From positions 1,472,001 through 1,536,000 of the forward strand of contig CAWJEN010000006.1 in NCBI GenBank assembly GCA_963841915.1: a stretch of DNA of 64,000 nt. The letters run 5' to 3'. Below the pieces are notes generated by a model that was not told the DNA's origin, ran no database searches, and saw only the letters and a list, made by a program, of their open reading frames with translations. Position numbers and translations under genes: made by a program. How positions within the stretch are numbered: position 1 is the first letter of the stretch; every line of letters begins with the position of its first letter. This document shows positions 51,801-60,470 of this stretch, piece by piece. The DNA comes from an uncultured Planctomycetota bacterium. Lineage in GTDB: Bacteria; Planctomycetota; Phycisphaerae; Tepidisphaerales; Tepidisphaeraceae.

Positions 51801-52146
51801 CAGGCCACTTCCGACGCCGGCCACCTCCCAGCTCGTCGCATAAAACTCCGGCACGCCCGGCACCAGCTCGTTCGGCTGGTGCGCAGTACGGCGCGATGAC
51901 TTCCTTAGGCCACCGCCGGCAACCGGACAGGCCCACGCCTGCCAACGCCATAGATGCGGCGGCATACTTCAGGAACCGACGCCGACTCAGCGACCGGATC
52001 ACCTCCGGGTCGTACTTCTGGAACTCCTTGTCGAGCGCCTCAGCCACCTCCGGAGAGTCGGCCAAGTGCTCAAAGCTCTGCCAGTACGTCCGGCCGGTCA
52101 AAGCGGACCCAGAGGCGTCGGAAAGTTGGGTGGTGGAGTCGCTCAA
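48846..52146 (-). CDS. actB: Alternative complex III subunit B (Tat-exported molybdopterin-fold + Fe-S domain), frameshifted near 51885
   Basis: The 5' part has YWQSFEHL, SRRRFLK and GLSGCR. The 3' part has DGRPIKIEGNP, NNGWLQELPDP, CTGCSACVVAC, CVHCENAPCEQVCP, CIGTRYCSNNCP and CTYC. Removing one base restores IAPYAHQPNELVPG. Confidence 0.9.
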
Positions 52147-52203
52147 GAGTCGGTCGACGTGAAAGGCAGGTGAATCGGTGCGGAACGAAGCGGGGCAGAC
52201 AAC

Positions 52204-52986
52204 CTAGCGGTGGCAGGTGCTGCAAGCCTGCATGTAGGCCTCGTCCTTGATGTTGTACTTTTCCTTAAGGATCCGGCCGACGCGAAGCTGGGCTTGTTCG
52301 ATCGTCTCGTCGCCTTCGGTCTGCAGGTCGCTCGGGCCGTGGCCGAGGTGGTAGGTCATGCTCGTGACCTGATCCTTGGGCCGCAGGTACTTCTCAGGCT
52401 CGCGGTGGCACTGCAGGCACCAACCCATGTTCAGCGGCTGGGCCTGGTAGACCTTTTCCATCTGGTCCATGCGGCCGTGGCACGAGTAGCAACCGACGCC
52501 CGCATTGACGTGGGCCGAGTGATTGAAATAGCTGTAGTCGGCCAGGTCGTGGACCTTGATCCACTCGATCGGCTCGCCCGTCTCCCAGGAGTCGTAGACG
52601 GTCGTCAGCGTCGGGCTGTTCGTCGCCACGTTGCTGTGGCAGTTCATGCACGTCTGCGTCGGTGGCACCGCGGCGAAGGCGGCCTTCTCGACCGTCGTGT
52701 GGCAGTACTTGCAGTCCATGCCGAGCTGGCCGACGTGCAACGCGTGGCTGTAGGCGACCGGCTGCTCGGGCTGATAGCCGACATTGAGCGTGTCGGGGTG
52801 CATCGCCAAGCCCGCAAACGTCGGGGCGTACAACGCGCCGCCGCCTCCGGCGACGACAATGAGGGGCAACAGGAAGTTGACCCACCGCGGGAAGACAAAC
52901 CGCGAGCCACCGCCCGAGGCGTAGGCGACGGTGCCGGCTCGGGTCTCACGGTCTCCGTCTTGCGCTGGCTGCTGGTAATCGCTCAT
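52204..52986 (-). CDS. actA: Alternative complex III pentaheme cytochrome c subunit A
   Basis: Five CxxCH motifs (CKYCH, CMNCH, CYSCH, CLQCH, CSTCH), GYQPEQP, and an N-terminal TM helix. Confidence 0.95.
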   Translation of the reverse strand: MSDYQQPAQDGDRETRAGTVAYASGGGSRFVFPRWVNFLLPLIVVAGGGGALYAPTFAGLAMHPDTLNVGYQPEQPVAYSHALHVGQLGMDCKYCHTTVEKAAFAAVPPTQTCMNCHSNVATNSPTLTTVYDSWETGEPIEWIKVHDLADYSYFNHSAHVNAGVGCYSCHGRMDQMEKVYQAQPLNMGWCLQCHREPEKYLRPKDQVTSMTYHLGHGPSDLQTEGDETIEQAQLRVGRILKEKYNIKDEAYMQACSTCHR

Positions 52987-53112
52987 GGGGTCAACGTCGC
53001 TGGGTCACCGCGGCCACCTGTGCGGCCGTCGCGTACGGCCGCCTGCAGAGGGTTGGTCATTAGATGCTGTTCATCGACCTGCCGCAACCACCGGCATGCA
53101 CCTTTTGATGCG

Positions 53113-53514
53113 TCACCTCGCCACAGCGGCAATTTCTTTACTTTCAGCGAGTTTTTCATAAGCGCCCACCATGTCGGGGACCGGCTCAATCGCCTCGCCA
53201 CGCCCACCCGCGTCGACGGCCAGCACGCGGGTCACGTTCCGCCGCTGACCGACCCCGCCGATGACGTAGTCGACTCGTGCGATCGTACGGGATTCGTCCG
53301 CCCAGGCATCGCTGACACGGACCCCCGACGCTCCGACATGCGGCAATACATCGGCGGGAACCGTCGGCGGCGGGGCCGGCTTGTACTGATGTGCCTCCAT
53401 CACCGCTCGAAGTCGCTTCTTGTACCGCAGCCGGACGATGCCATACGCCGCCACCACGCCGCCGACGATCAGGACGGCTGCGACCAGCACCCAGATCGGC
53501 GAGACGAGCGGCAC
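53113..53514 (-). CDS. Small single-TM hypothetical protein
   Basis: Hydrophobic helix followed by RLRYKKR. GTG start chosen at 53514, just after the upstream stop. Confidence 0.5.
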   Translation of the reverse strand: MPLVSPIWVLVAAVLIVGGVVAAYGIVRLRYKKRLRAVMEAHQYKPAPPPTVPADVLPHVGASGVRVSDAWADESRTIARVDYVIGGVGQRRNVTRVLAVDAGGRGEAIEPVPDMVGAYEKLAESKEIAAVAR

Positions 53515-53524
53515 GACGCTTGAT

Positions 53525-54103
53525 CTACTTCGGCTCTTCGTAGGTGCCCGGGTCGTCCTGATCACCGACCGGTCGCACAAGGGCGTGACCGTTGGGCGTC
53601 ATCGACAAGAAGACCATGAACGCCAACAGGCTGGTAAACAGGTTGCCGACCTCGCGGGTCAGGGCCAGCCCGATGAACCCGAGCACGCCACCGATGACGA
53701 GCGGAATCCAGACCGCCATCCAGCCGCGGAGGTAGTTACCCGGCGGCACGACGCCGCCTTCGTAGTAGTTGATCCAAAGCTTGCGCCGGGCGTAGAAGGC
53801 CAGGGGAAGGGCAACCCCCACGAACGTCAGTCCGCCGATGAGGAAGATGATGCCCGGCCAGGTCGAGCCCGCGCCCGCCGTATTTTGGATCACGCGGTCG
53901 TTACCGGTGAAGATCAGGAAGAAGATCGACGCGATCATCGCCGCCGGCGGAATCAGGGCCAGGCCGATGTACGTCACCCACGCCATTCGCAGGGCAAGAC
54001 CCGCTTCGTCGAGCGGGATCACGATCGGCCGCTTATTCGGCCGGCTCACGTCCGGATTGGCGGCGTCGGGAGCGGTCGAGACGGTGGCGGTGGCGGTGGA
54101 CAT
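53525..54103 (-). CDS. Multi-pass membrane hypothetical protein
   Basis: About four hydrophobic segments. Codon usage looks coding. Confidence 0.7.
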   Translation of the reverse strand: MSTATATVSTAPDAANPDVSRPNKRPIVIPLDEAGLALRMAWVTYIGLALIPPAAMIASIFFLIFTGNDRVIQNTAGAGSTWPGIIFLIGGLTFVGVALPLAFYARRKLWINYYEGGVVPPGNYLRGWMAVWIPLVIGGVLGFIGLALTREVGNLFTSLLAFMVFLSMTPNGHALVRPVGDQDDPGTYEEPK

Positions 54104-54142
54104 GGAAGACGAACGGTGACGGACAAAGGTAGGACCACGCGG

Positions 54143-54832
54143 CTAGGGCAGTGCCGCCGGTTCTGTAGTTGGTATATCGGCATCGTCACCGCCGGGCAAT
54201 GCCGACAGGTCGATCGCGTCGCTACGCCGCACCTCGTCGCGGTCCCAGCTCAGCGACAGCACGCCTGTTTCGCCGCCCGTTACGCGCACCACTGCCACCC
54301 GCCGCGGCGGGGCGGCGTAGCCCGCAAAGCCCTCCACCGTCGTCAGAGGCGGCCCTTTCTGCAGCTCGCGTCGCACCTCAGTCGGCACGTCCACGACCTC
54401 GACGACCTGAGCCTCGATCGTCTGCCCGCCGAGCGTGCCGGTGATGTTGCTGGCGTCGGGGCCGTCGACGTGCTGCCAGATCAGGACGTACCAGCCGTCT
54501 TTTCCGCGGCCCAGGGCTTCGAGGCGGAAGTCATGACCGATCAGCGGTGACGGTCTGCCACCTGCGCCGCCCAGCCGTTGCGCCGGGCGATCGAGGTGCT
54601 TTTGAGCCATGCCATCAACGAAGCTGACCACCTTCGGCGTCGCCAGCCGGATCGTCTTGCCCGACGCACCGACCGGGTTGAGGTAGACGGTCGCCACCTT
54701 GGCCGTCGGCGGTGAGGCGTTGAGCCCACCTGTGCCGCGCAAAGCTTTGGTCGTCAGGATGATCATGCCCGGTGCCGACAAGGCCAGCAGAACGATCAGG
54801 AAAATCAGGTTGAACCGGGCCTCACGCGTCAC
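54143..54832 (-). CDS. Membrane-anchored hypothetical protein
   Basis: N-terminal TM FNLIFLIVLLALSAPG. TACGCT lies 6 nt before the GTG. Confidence 0.6.
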   Translation of the reverse strand: MTREARFNLIFLIVLLALSAPGMIILTTKALRGTGGLNASPPTAKVATVYLNPVGASGKTIRLATPKVVSFVDGMAQKHLDRPAQRLGGAGGRPSPLIGHDFRLEALGRGKDGWYVLIWQHVDGPDASNITGTLGGQTIEAQVVEVVDVPTEVRRELQKGPPLTTVEGFAGYAAPPRRVAVVRVTGGETGVLSLSWDRDEVRRSDAIDLSALPGGDDADIPTTEPAALP

Positions 54833-54988
54833 GCCCTTAGCGTACGAGGCGGCAAGCCGACCCGCTTCAACAACGCCGAGTCACTGGTGCCACACCTTCC
54901 CCTTCGAAAGAAGATGTGGCATCGAGCGTCGGATTGATTCTGTCTGGCGACTGGCGAAGACCGGCTGCTCTCTTGTAACCTGCCGGCG

Positions 54989-56254
54989 GTGCCGCGGGAC
55001 AACGACGACGACCTGATTCGTATTCTTGACGATGCCGACGACACGCCCGATCGGCGTGACATCGGCAGCGTCGACTCCTTTGGCAGCGAGTCGCTCGACC
55101 GCCGGGCCCCGGGCGACGAGTATTACGCCGCCGCCGCCGATCCGGAACGGTTGCGGCAGCTCCAGGCGGAGCACCGCAAACGCGTCGAGCGTGAAACGCG
55201 ACTCGCCGACGATGGCAGCTACGACCTGTCGGACGACGAGCCGGCCCCGTCGATGCCCAAGCCGCGGAAGAAGGCGACGCCGGCTGTTGCAGTCGTCCCG
55301 GCCGCCGATGCGGAGTTCATCGAGGATCGGCCGTGCCACAACTGCGGGTACAACCTCATCGGACTGCCTCCCGGGACGCGATGCCCGGAGTGCGGGGCCC
55401 AGCCGCCGATCTCGATGGGGTCGCGGCCGCGGACGAGCGGCCGACTGGTGGCGGCGCCCGATTCTCTGCAGTCGGCCAACCCGCGGTGGCTCGGTCAGTT
55501 GGCGCTGGGACTTCAGTTGATCTTCTGGACCGTTATCGTCAACTTCTGCATCGGGTTTGCCTCCAACTTCATCCCGCTCCCCGCCATCGTCTGGCGGGCC
55601 ATCGAAACGGCCGGCGTGCTGTCGGTCGCGGCCGGGTTTTGGTTGTTGTCGATGCCTGATCCGAGCGGGGTCGACGCCAAGCAAAAGCTGCGTCTGGCCA
55701 TGCGGGTGCTGGCGGTGGCTGGTGTGGCGTCGGCGGGCTTCAACTTCCTGATCGTGCTCCTTGACGCCAACGGTCCAGCCGGTGGTGGTGGTGGCGGTCT
55801 CACCATCACGCCGCTCCTGGCGCTGCAGATGGGGCTCGAGATCGTGTGGCTTGCCGCCACGCCTGTGACGGCCTTTTACCTGCGACACCTGGCGATTCGC
55901 GCCTACACGCCGGAAGTGCAGGCCCGTGCCGAATCGGTCGGCCTCATCCTCAGCTTCTCGCTGGGCCTGCTGGGCCTGGGCGTCCTGCTGCTGATCGCAA
56001 CGATCATGACGACCGGCTCGATCGGCATCACCGGCGCGTTGGGTCTGGGGTGCGCCGGTGTGTTGCTGGGCTTGGTCTTCCTCGCCGGGACGATTATGTA
56101 CGTGCTGCTGCTGGCCGAGGCGTTGCAAATGATCCGCCACGCCGCCAGTCCGTCGTCGAACGGCAACGAGATGTCGCCGGACCAGATGCGGCAGCGTGAA
56201 GCCGAAATCCTGGCGGCTAGACGCCGCAAGCAGACGATTCGCATCGGGCGATAG
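54989..56254 (+). CDS. Zinc-ribbon multi-pass membrane protein
   Basis: CHNCGYNLIGL....CPECG followed by about six TM helices. Confidence 0.75.
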   Translation: MPRDNDDDLIRILDDADDTPDRRDIGSVDSFGSESLDRRAPGDEYYAAAADPERLRQLQAEHRKRVERETRLADDGSYDLSDDEPAPSMPKPRKKATPAVAVVPAADAEFIEDRPCHNCGYNLIGLPPGTRCPECGAQPPISMGSRPRTSGRLVAAPDSLQSANPRWLGQLALGLQLIFWTVIVNFCIGFASNFIPLPAIVWRAIETAGVLSVAAGFWLLSMPDPSGVDAKQKLRLAMRVLAVAGVASAGFNFLIVLLDANGPAGGGGGGLTITPLLALQMGLEIVWLAATPVTAFYLRHLAIRAYTPEVQARAESVGLILSFSLGLLGLGVLLLIATIMTTGSIGITGALGLGCAGVLLGLVFLAGTIMYVLLLAEALQMIRHAASPSSNGNEMSPDQMRQREAEILAARRRKQTIRIGR

Positions 56255-56271
56255 GGGTGTAGAACCTTGTC

Positions 56272-56982
56272 ATGCCTGACGCGACGCTCCAGAACCTGCT
56301 CGCCAGCTACCCCCGACCGCGACCGGCGTTACCGGCGAAGCAGGCGGCGATTTACGAAGTCGAATACAAGCGGAACCGTCAGGGCGGTGGGCTGATGAGC
56401 AAGCTGGCACAGGGGGCCGAGGGCTGGATGCACGAATGTGTTGCGGCTGGCGGGCTCGCCGGGCCGGTGCTGGAGTTGGGGGCCGGGACGCTGAACCACG
56501 TGCCGCACGAATCGCCGGGGATCAAGGGCTGGGGCTACGACATTGTCGAGCCGCAACGGCACCTTCACGAGGACAGCGAGCATCGCGAGGTCGTGCGTGA
56601 CGTCTACGCCGACATCAGCGAGGTGCCTGCCGATCGGCAGTACGCGCGGATCATCAGCGTCGCGGTGCTGGAGCATCTGGACGACCTGCCGGGCGTCTTG
56701 GAGCAGTGCAAGAAGCTGCTGGCACCCGGTGGGCTCATGCAGCACGGCATCCCGAGCGAGGGCGGCTTTCTGTGGGGTCTGGGCTGGCGAATGACGACGG
56801 GGTTGGCGTACCGGCTGCGGACGGGGTGCAGCTACAAGACCCTCATGCGGCACGAGCACCTCAGCAACAGCGAGGAGATCATCGCGGTGTTCCGGCACGT
56901 GTTCCCGTCGGCGACGGTGAACCGGTTTCCGACACAGACGCGGCACGGATCGTTGTACGGGTACCTTGAGGCGACGAAGTAG
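56272..56982 (+). CDS. Class I SAM-dependent methyltransferase
   Basis: VLELGAG, YARIISVAVLEHL, LLAPGG. Confidence 0.82.
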   Translation: MPDATLQNLLASYPRPRPALPAKQAAIYEVEYKRNRQGGGLMSKLAQGAEGWMHECVAAGGLAGPVLELGAGTLNHVPHESPGIKGWGYDIVEPQRHLHEDSEHREVVRDVYADISEVPADRQYARIISVAVLEHLDDLPGVLEQCKKLLAPGGLMQHGIPSEGGFLWGLGWRMTTGLAYRLRTGCSYKTLMRHEHLSNSEEIIAVFRHVFPSATVNRFPTQTRHGSLYGYLEATK

Positions 56983-57142
56983 CACGCGCGCAGGCGGCCG
57001 CGGCGGCGCACGGGGTTTGCGCGTCGGCCGTGGCGTACCGCGTTCGTCATGTTCGCAAAACATCAGTCGTTGTTCCGCATCTGCGATGTAATAAATGACG
57101 TAAGGCGGACGACCCGCCGACGCAGTCGAAGCGGTCGGCAGG

Positions 57143-57158
57143 GGTTCCACGTGGAACA
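57143..57158. promoter_or_regulatory. parS-like site 1
   Basis: GGTTCCACGTGGAACA, 15/16 match to TGTTCCACGTGGAACA. Confidence 0.8.
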
Positions 57159-57211
57159 TCTCAGCCCGCCGCCGCGACTGCAACCGGGCTGGCGGACGAG
57201 AATCGGGGTCG

Positions 57212-57235
57212 CAAATGTTCCACGTGGAACATTTG
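57212..57235. promoter_or_regulatory. parS-like site 2 inside a perfect 24-bp palindrome
   Basis: CAAATGTTCCACGTGGAACATTTG. Confidence 0.88.
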
Positions 57236-57305
57236 AGCATGGGCCGACCTCGTGAAACCGCAGATGGCCGCCGCCGCGCAGCGCTCAATGGTCGGCCGCG
57301 CGTGC

Positions 57306-57333
57306 AAAAGCCGCGTCGCAAGGCGACGCGGCT
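57306..57333 (-). terminator. Intrinsic terminator downstream of the prepilin-like gene
   Basis: AGCCGCGTCGC-AAG-GCGACGCGGCT, with a short T run following on the minus strand. Confidence 0.65.
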
Positions 57334-57362
57334 CCGGAGGAAGCAGAGGCTTGTGGTGAGAC

Positions 57363-58309
57363 TTAGCGGTTGAGCAGGACTACTCGACGGCTCAGGCCGG
57401 TGTCGAGGTAGTTGGGGAACCCTTGCAATTCACCAACCGAGGTCTGTGTTTCGACGTGCCCGTCGGCATAGAGGATGTTGGAGGCTGAGCCCTTGAAGTC
57501 ACCCTCGGCACCGCCGCGGCCGTGGCGGAAGCGAATGTTGCCGAAGTCGAAGCTGCCTGAGTTGGCAACGTCGCGATTAATCGAGCCGGCCAGATTACGG
57601 TCGTAGAAGCCGGCGATGCCGTCTGCGAGAGGTTCGAGCATGTATGGGCCGCCTGCGTTGAACAGGCCGTAGTGCGTCGGCTCGGTCCAGTCGAGCCGGT
57701 ACATGGTCGCGGCTGCGGTGTTCTGGGCGTCGATGTTGTCGGCGGCGAGGGTTGCGTCTGCCGCTACGAGCGTTTCCGTCGGATCGCCGATCTGAGCCAG
57801 CTTGTATGGCTCATAGAAATTGTTCGGCATCGGCTTCTGCGGGTTGCGGTCGTCGAGGTTGGGCATCAACCGCGGGTGGACCGAGTACTGGCCAAAGCCA
57901 TCGACCGGCGCGGCGCAGTCGGGCAGTTGAAGGCTTGTCTCGTCAGGACGTCGGCCCCTGCGCTTGCGGCGGCGTAGTTGTCCGCACCCGACTCATCGAG
58001 GTAGGCCAGCGTCAGCAGCGTCCAGGCCGTCTGCTCGCCAGGAATGATGTTGTTGATGCCGTCCTGGGCACCGTCGGTGTAGCCGTAGGGCAGGGTGTTG
58101 CCTTTGCTGCTTTCGGTGTAGAGCAGCAGACCAGTACCGACCTGACGCAGGTTGCTGAGGCAGGCGACGTTCTGGGCAGAGCTGCGGGCGCTGTTGAGCG
58201 TGGGCAGCAGGATAGAGATCAGCAGTGCGATGATGCCGATGACGACGAGCAGCTCCACGAGGGTGAAGCCGAGGCGGCCCTGATGCGGGCGGCGGGGCGG
58301 GTTGAACAT
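57363..58309 (-). CDS. Prepilin-type N-terminal cleavage (DUF1559-like) protein, frameshifted near 57914
   Basis: GFTLVELLVVIGIIALLISILLPTL, CLSNLRQ and FNCP in one frame. QYSVHPRLMP, RFRH and NILYADGHV in the next frame. Confidence 0.8.
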
Positions 58310-58348
58310 GACGGGCTCCTCTTTTGGTTGAGACTAACGGCAACGCCC

Positions 58349-58364
58349 GGTTCCACGTGGAACG
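58349..58364. promoter_or_regulatory. parS-like site 3
   Basis: GGTTCCACGTGGAACG with a perfect 14-bp core GTTCCACGTGGAAC. Intergenic. Confidence 0.75.
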
Positions 58365-58425
58365 CCGCCGGGATTCGGCCGAACTGCCGGTAGGCAGAAC
58401 GGCCGGGTGGGGGGAAGAAGGTGAC

Positions 58426-59064
58426 TCAGGCGCGGCGACGACGACGCAGCGCGGCAAGGCCGGCGACACCCAACAGGCCGGCGGTCGTCGGCTCGGGGAC
58501 GTTGATGAACAGGAAGGCGTCGTCGTAGAAAGGCGCGCCTCCACCGGTGACGACCTGGTCGCCGTTGCGGTCTTCAAACGAGCCGGTCACGAGTACGAAG
58601 CGGACGCTGACCGCACCATCGGGTGCGACGGCGGAGACGGTGCCGGGCACGAAAACGCTGTCCGCTGGGCTAGTGGCGTCAAGGACGATGTTGCTGATGA
58701 TGCCGTCGATGAGGTCACCGGCTGCGTTGCGGAACTCGAGGTTGATGGCCGCGATCTGGTCGTTGGCCATGGCGTCGAAGGACGGGTTGGCGACAACAGC
58801 GCCGCCGTCGACCCGATCACCGGGAATAACCGGGAAGTCCTGGAACGCGCCGGCGACGCCGCCGAACATCTTCAGGCCGTTGGCACCGCTGTTGGCCAGC
58901 GCCTGGTTGGTGAAGACGCCGTTGAAGGTGGTCCAGCCAAGAGCGCTGGGCGTTTCCATTGTGGTGTCATCGAGCTCGAAGCCCGGGTTGACGAGCAGGT
59001 CAGCCGACGCGGTGGTGGCGACGGCGAGCGAGGCCGCGAGGGCCAGGGGGGTGCAAAGTTTCAT
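58426..59064 (-). CDS. PEP-CTERM sorting-domain protein (CBM-like LVNPGFE start)
   Basis: SD GGAGGAG, signal peptide, NPGFE, and C-terminal VPEPTTAGLLGVAGLAALRRRRA. Confidence 0.9.
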   Translation of the reverse strand: MKLCTPLALAASLAVATTASADLLVNPGFELDDTTMETPSALGWTTFNGVFTNQALANSGANGLKMFGGVAGAFQDFPVIPGDRVDGGAVVANPSFDAMANDQIAAINLEFRNAAGDLIDGIISNIVLDATSPADSVFVPGTVSAVAPDGAVSVRFVLVTGSFEDRNGDQVVTGGGAPFYDDAFLFINVPEPTTAGLLGVAGLAALRRRRRA

Positions 59065-59072
59065 ATCTCCTC

Positions 59073-60167
59073 CTAGGAAGACTGAGGGTGGGGTGGGGGT
59101 ACAAACGGCCCGGCGGTCGCGCCAGGCTCGAAAACGGTGGGGAGCGATCGACGCACGGGCGCAGGCTGGGCGGCATCGGTGTCGTCGCGATGACGGACGG
59201 TGCCGGCCATCAAGACGCGAAGCGCGTCGACCGCAGCACCGCCAATAGCGCGAGCATCTTGCGAAACGCAAGCGATCGGCGGGAAGGTCAGACGCCGCAT
59301 GAGGCCGTCGCTGAAGCCGACGATGCTCAGATCACGGGGGATTTTGATCCCTTGATCGTGCGCCGCGTGCAACAATGCGATCGTCGGCATGGGGTCGGCG
59401 ATGTAGATCGCCGATGGCCGCAGGTGGACGGGCGTGGCCAGCCAGCGGTCGATGATCGCCTGGCCCGTCTCAAAGATTGCCCGCTCTCTCAGAACGGCAG
59501 GGAACGCCTCCGGCTCGTCGTGGGTCGGCAGACCTGCCGTCGTCATGGCGTCACGCCAGCCATTGATGCGGTCGCGGTGGTCGGTGTCGTCGCGGACGTT
59601 GGCCACGACGCTGATGCGGCGGTGGCCGAGCTCGATCAGGTGCTCGATGGCGATGAACGAGCCGCCGTAGCTCTCGCCGTCGATCCAGCTGATGGACGGC
59701 TCGTCGTCGAGACGAGCACCAACCAGGACGAACGGAAAGCGCTCGCGTGCGAGCTGTCGACACAGGTCAAAGCCGTCGTCGGTCGAACGCAGAATGGCCC
59801 CCTTGATGCCTTTTCTACGGAAAAGAGCCGAGGGTGACTCGTCGGGGCGGAGCGCCCGCTTGAGGTTGATGATGAGCAGGTCATTACCGAAGTCCTCACC
59901 GGCCGACTCGTCGGCGACGCTGAGACCGATGCCTGAAAGAAGTCCTTGATCGTAAGGCGTCGCGATGGTGCCAGGACCGGCGTAGGCCAGTGCAATGCCC
60001 TCGGCAACGGCGCGACGTCCGACCCGGCGGACGTAGCCAACATCGTTGACGACGCCGAGTACGCGCTGACGGGTCTCGTCATTGACGCGGCCGGTTTCGT
60101 TCAGCACACGACTCACCGTCGCGATGCTGACCTGCGCCCTTTTTGCGATTTCGCGGACACTTCCCAT
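59073..60167 (-). CDS. LacI-family transcriptional regulator
   Basis: HTH SVREIAKRAQVSIATVSRVLN, HLIELGHRRI, IPRDLSIVGF. SD GAGGAGG. Confidence 0.93.
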   Translation of the reverse strand: MGSVREIAKRAQVSIATVSRVLNETGRVNDETRQRVLGVVNDVGYVRRVGRRAVAEGIALAYAGPGTIATPYDQGLLSGIGLSVADESAGEDFGNDLLIINLKRALRPDESPSALFRRKGIKGAILRSTDDGFDLCRQLARERFPFVLVGARLDDEPSISWIDGESYGGSFIAIEHLIELGHRRISVVANVRDDTDHRDRINGWRDAMTTAGLPTHDEPEAFPAVLRERAIFETGQAIIDRWLATPVHLRPSAIYIADPMPTIALLHAAHDQGIKIPRDLSIVGFSDGLMRRLTFPPIACVSQDARAIGGAAVDALRVLMAGTVRHRDDTDAAQPAPVRRSLPTVFEPGATAGPFVPPPHPQSS

Positions 60168-60206
60168 CAGGCCCTCCTCGGCACGACGTGAAACAGTTAC
60201 GATGGC

Positions 60207-60235
60207 AGCCTAACCCAATCTTCACATGACGTCAA
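60207..60235 (-). promoter_or_regulatory. Sigma70-type promoter of the lacI/PEP-CTERM/prepilin cassette
   Basis: Minus strand reads TTGACG-N17-TAGGCT. It is followed by GTAACTGTTTCAC (60188-60200), a possible LacI-type operator. Confidence 0.6.
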
Positions 60236-60470
60236 GAAACATTTTCTCACCACCGGCCAATCTGGCCTTCTCTTTCTGGCGATCGTGCCTGCCGCCTCCC
60301 GGATCAGGCTTCCGCGGGGTGCGAGAAGTCGGGCCCGACCTTCCACAACGAACGCACATGGGTTGACAAGCGTGGTAAGCCTTCCCGATCCTGCCGATCC
60401 TGCGGCATCGTCCTGATGTCGCTCCACCTGCGGCTTGTCCGCCCCGCCTGAAGTTGCTCAACCCGTCCGT

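Noticed and set aside
41186..57914. Programmed ribosomal frameshifting as a common explanation for the three indels
   Set aside because: The sites share no slippery sequence or stimulator structure and shift in different directions, so assembly error is simpler.
60180..60195. ACGTGAAACA as a fourth parS site (also CGTGAAAC near 57251)
   Set aside because: Only half-sites. The left arm does not match.
60363..60402. TTGACA and a CCGATCCTG direct repeat upstream of the metzincin
   Set aside because: No -10 box at a 16-18 nt spacing, and the 9-bp duplication is too short to interpret.
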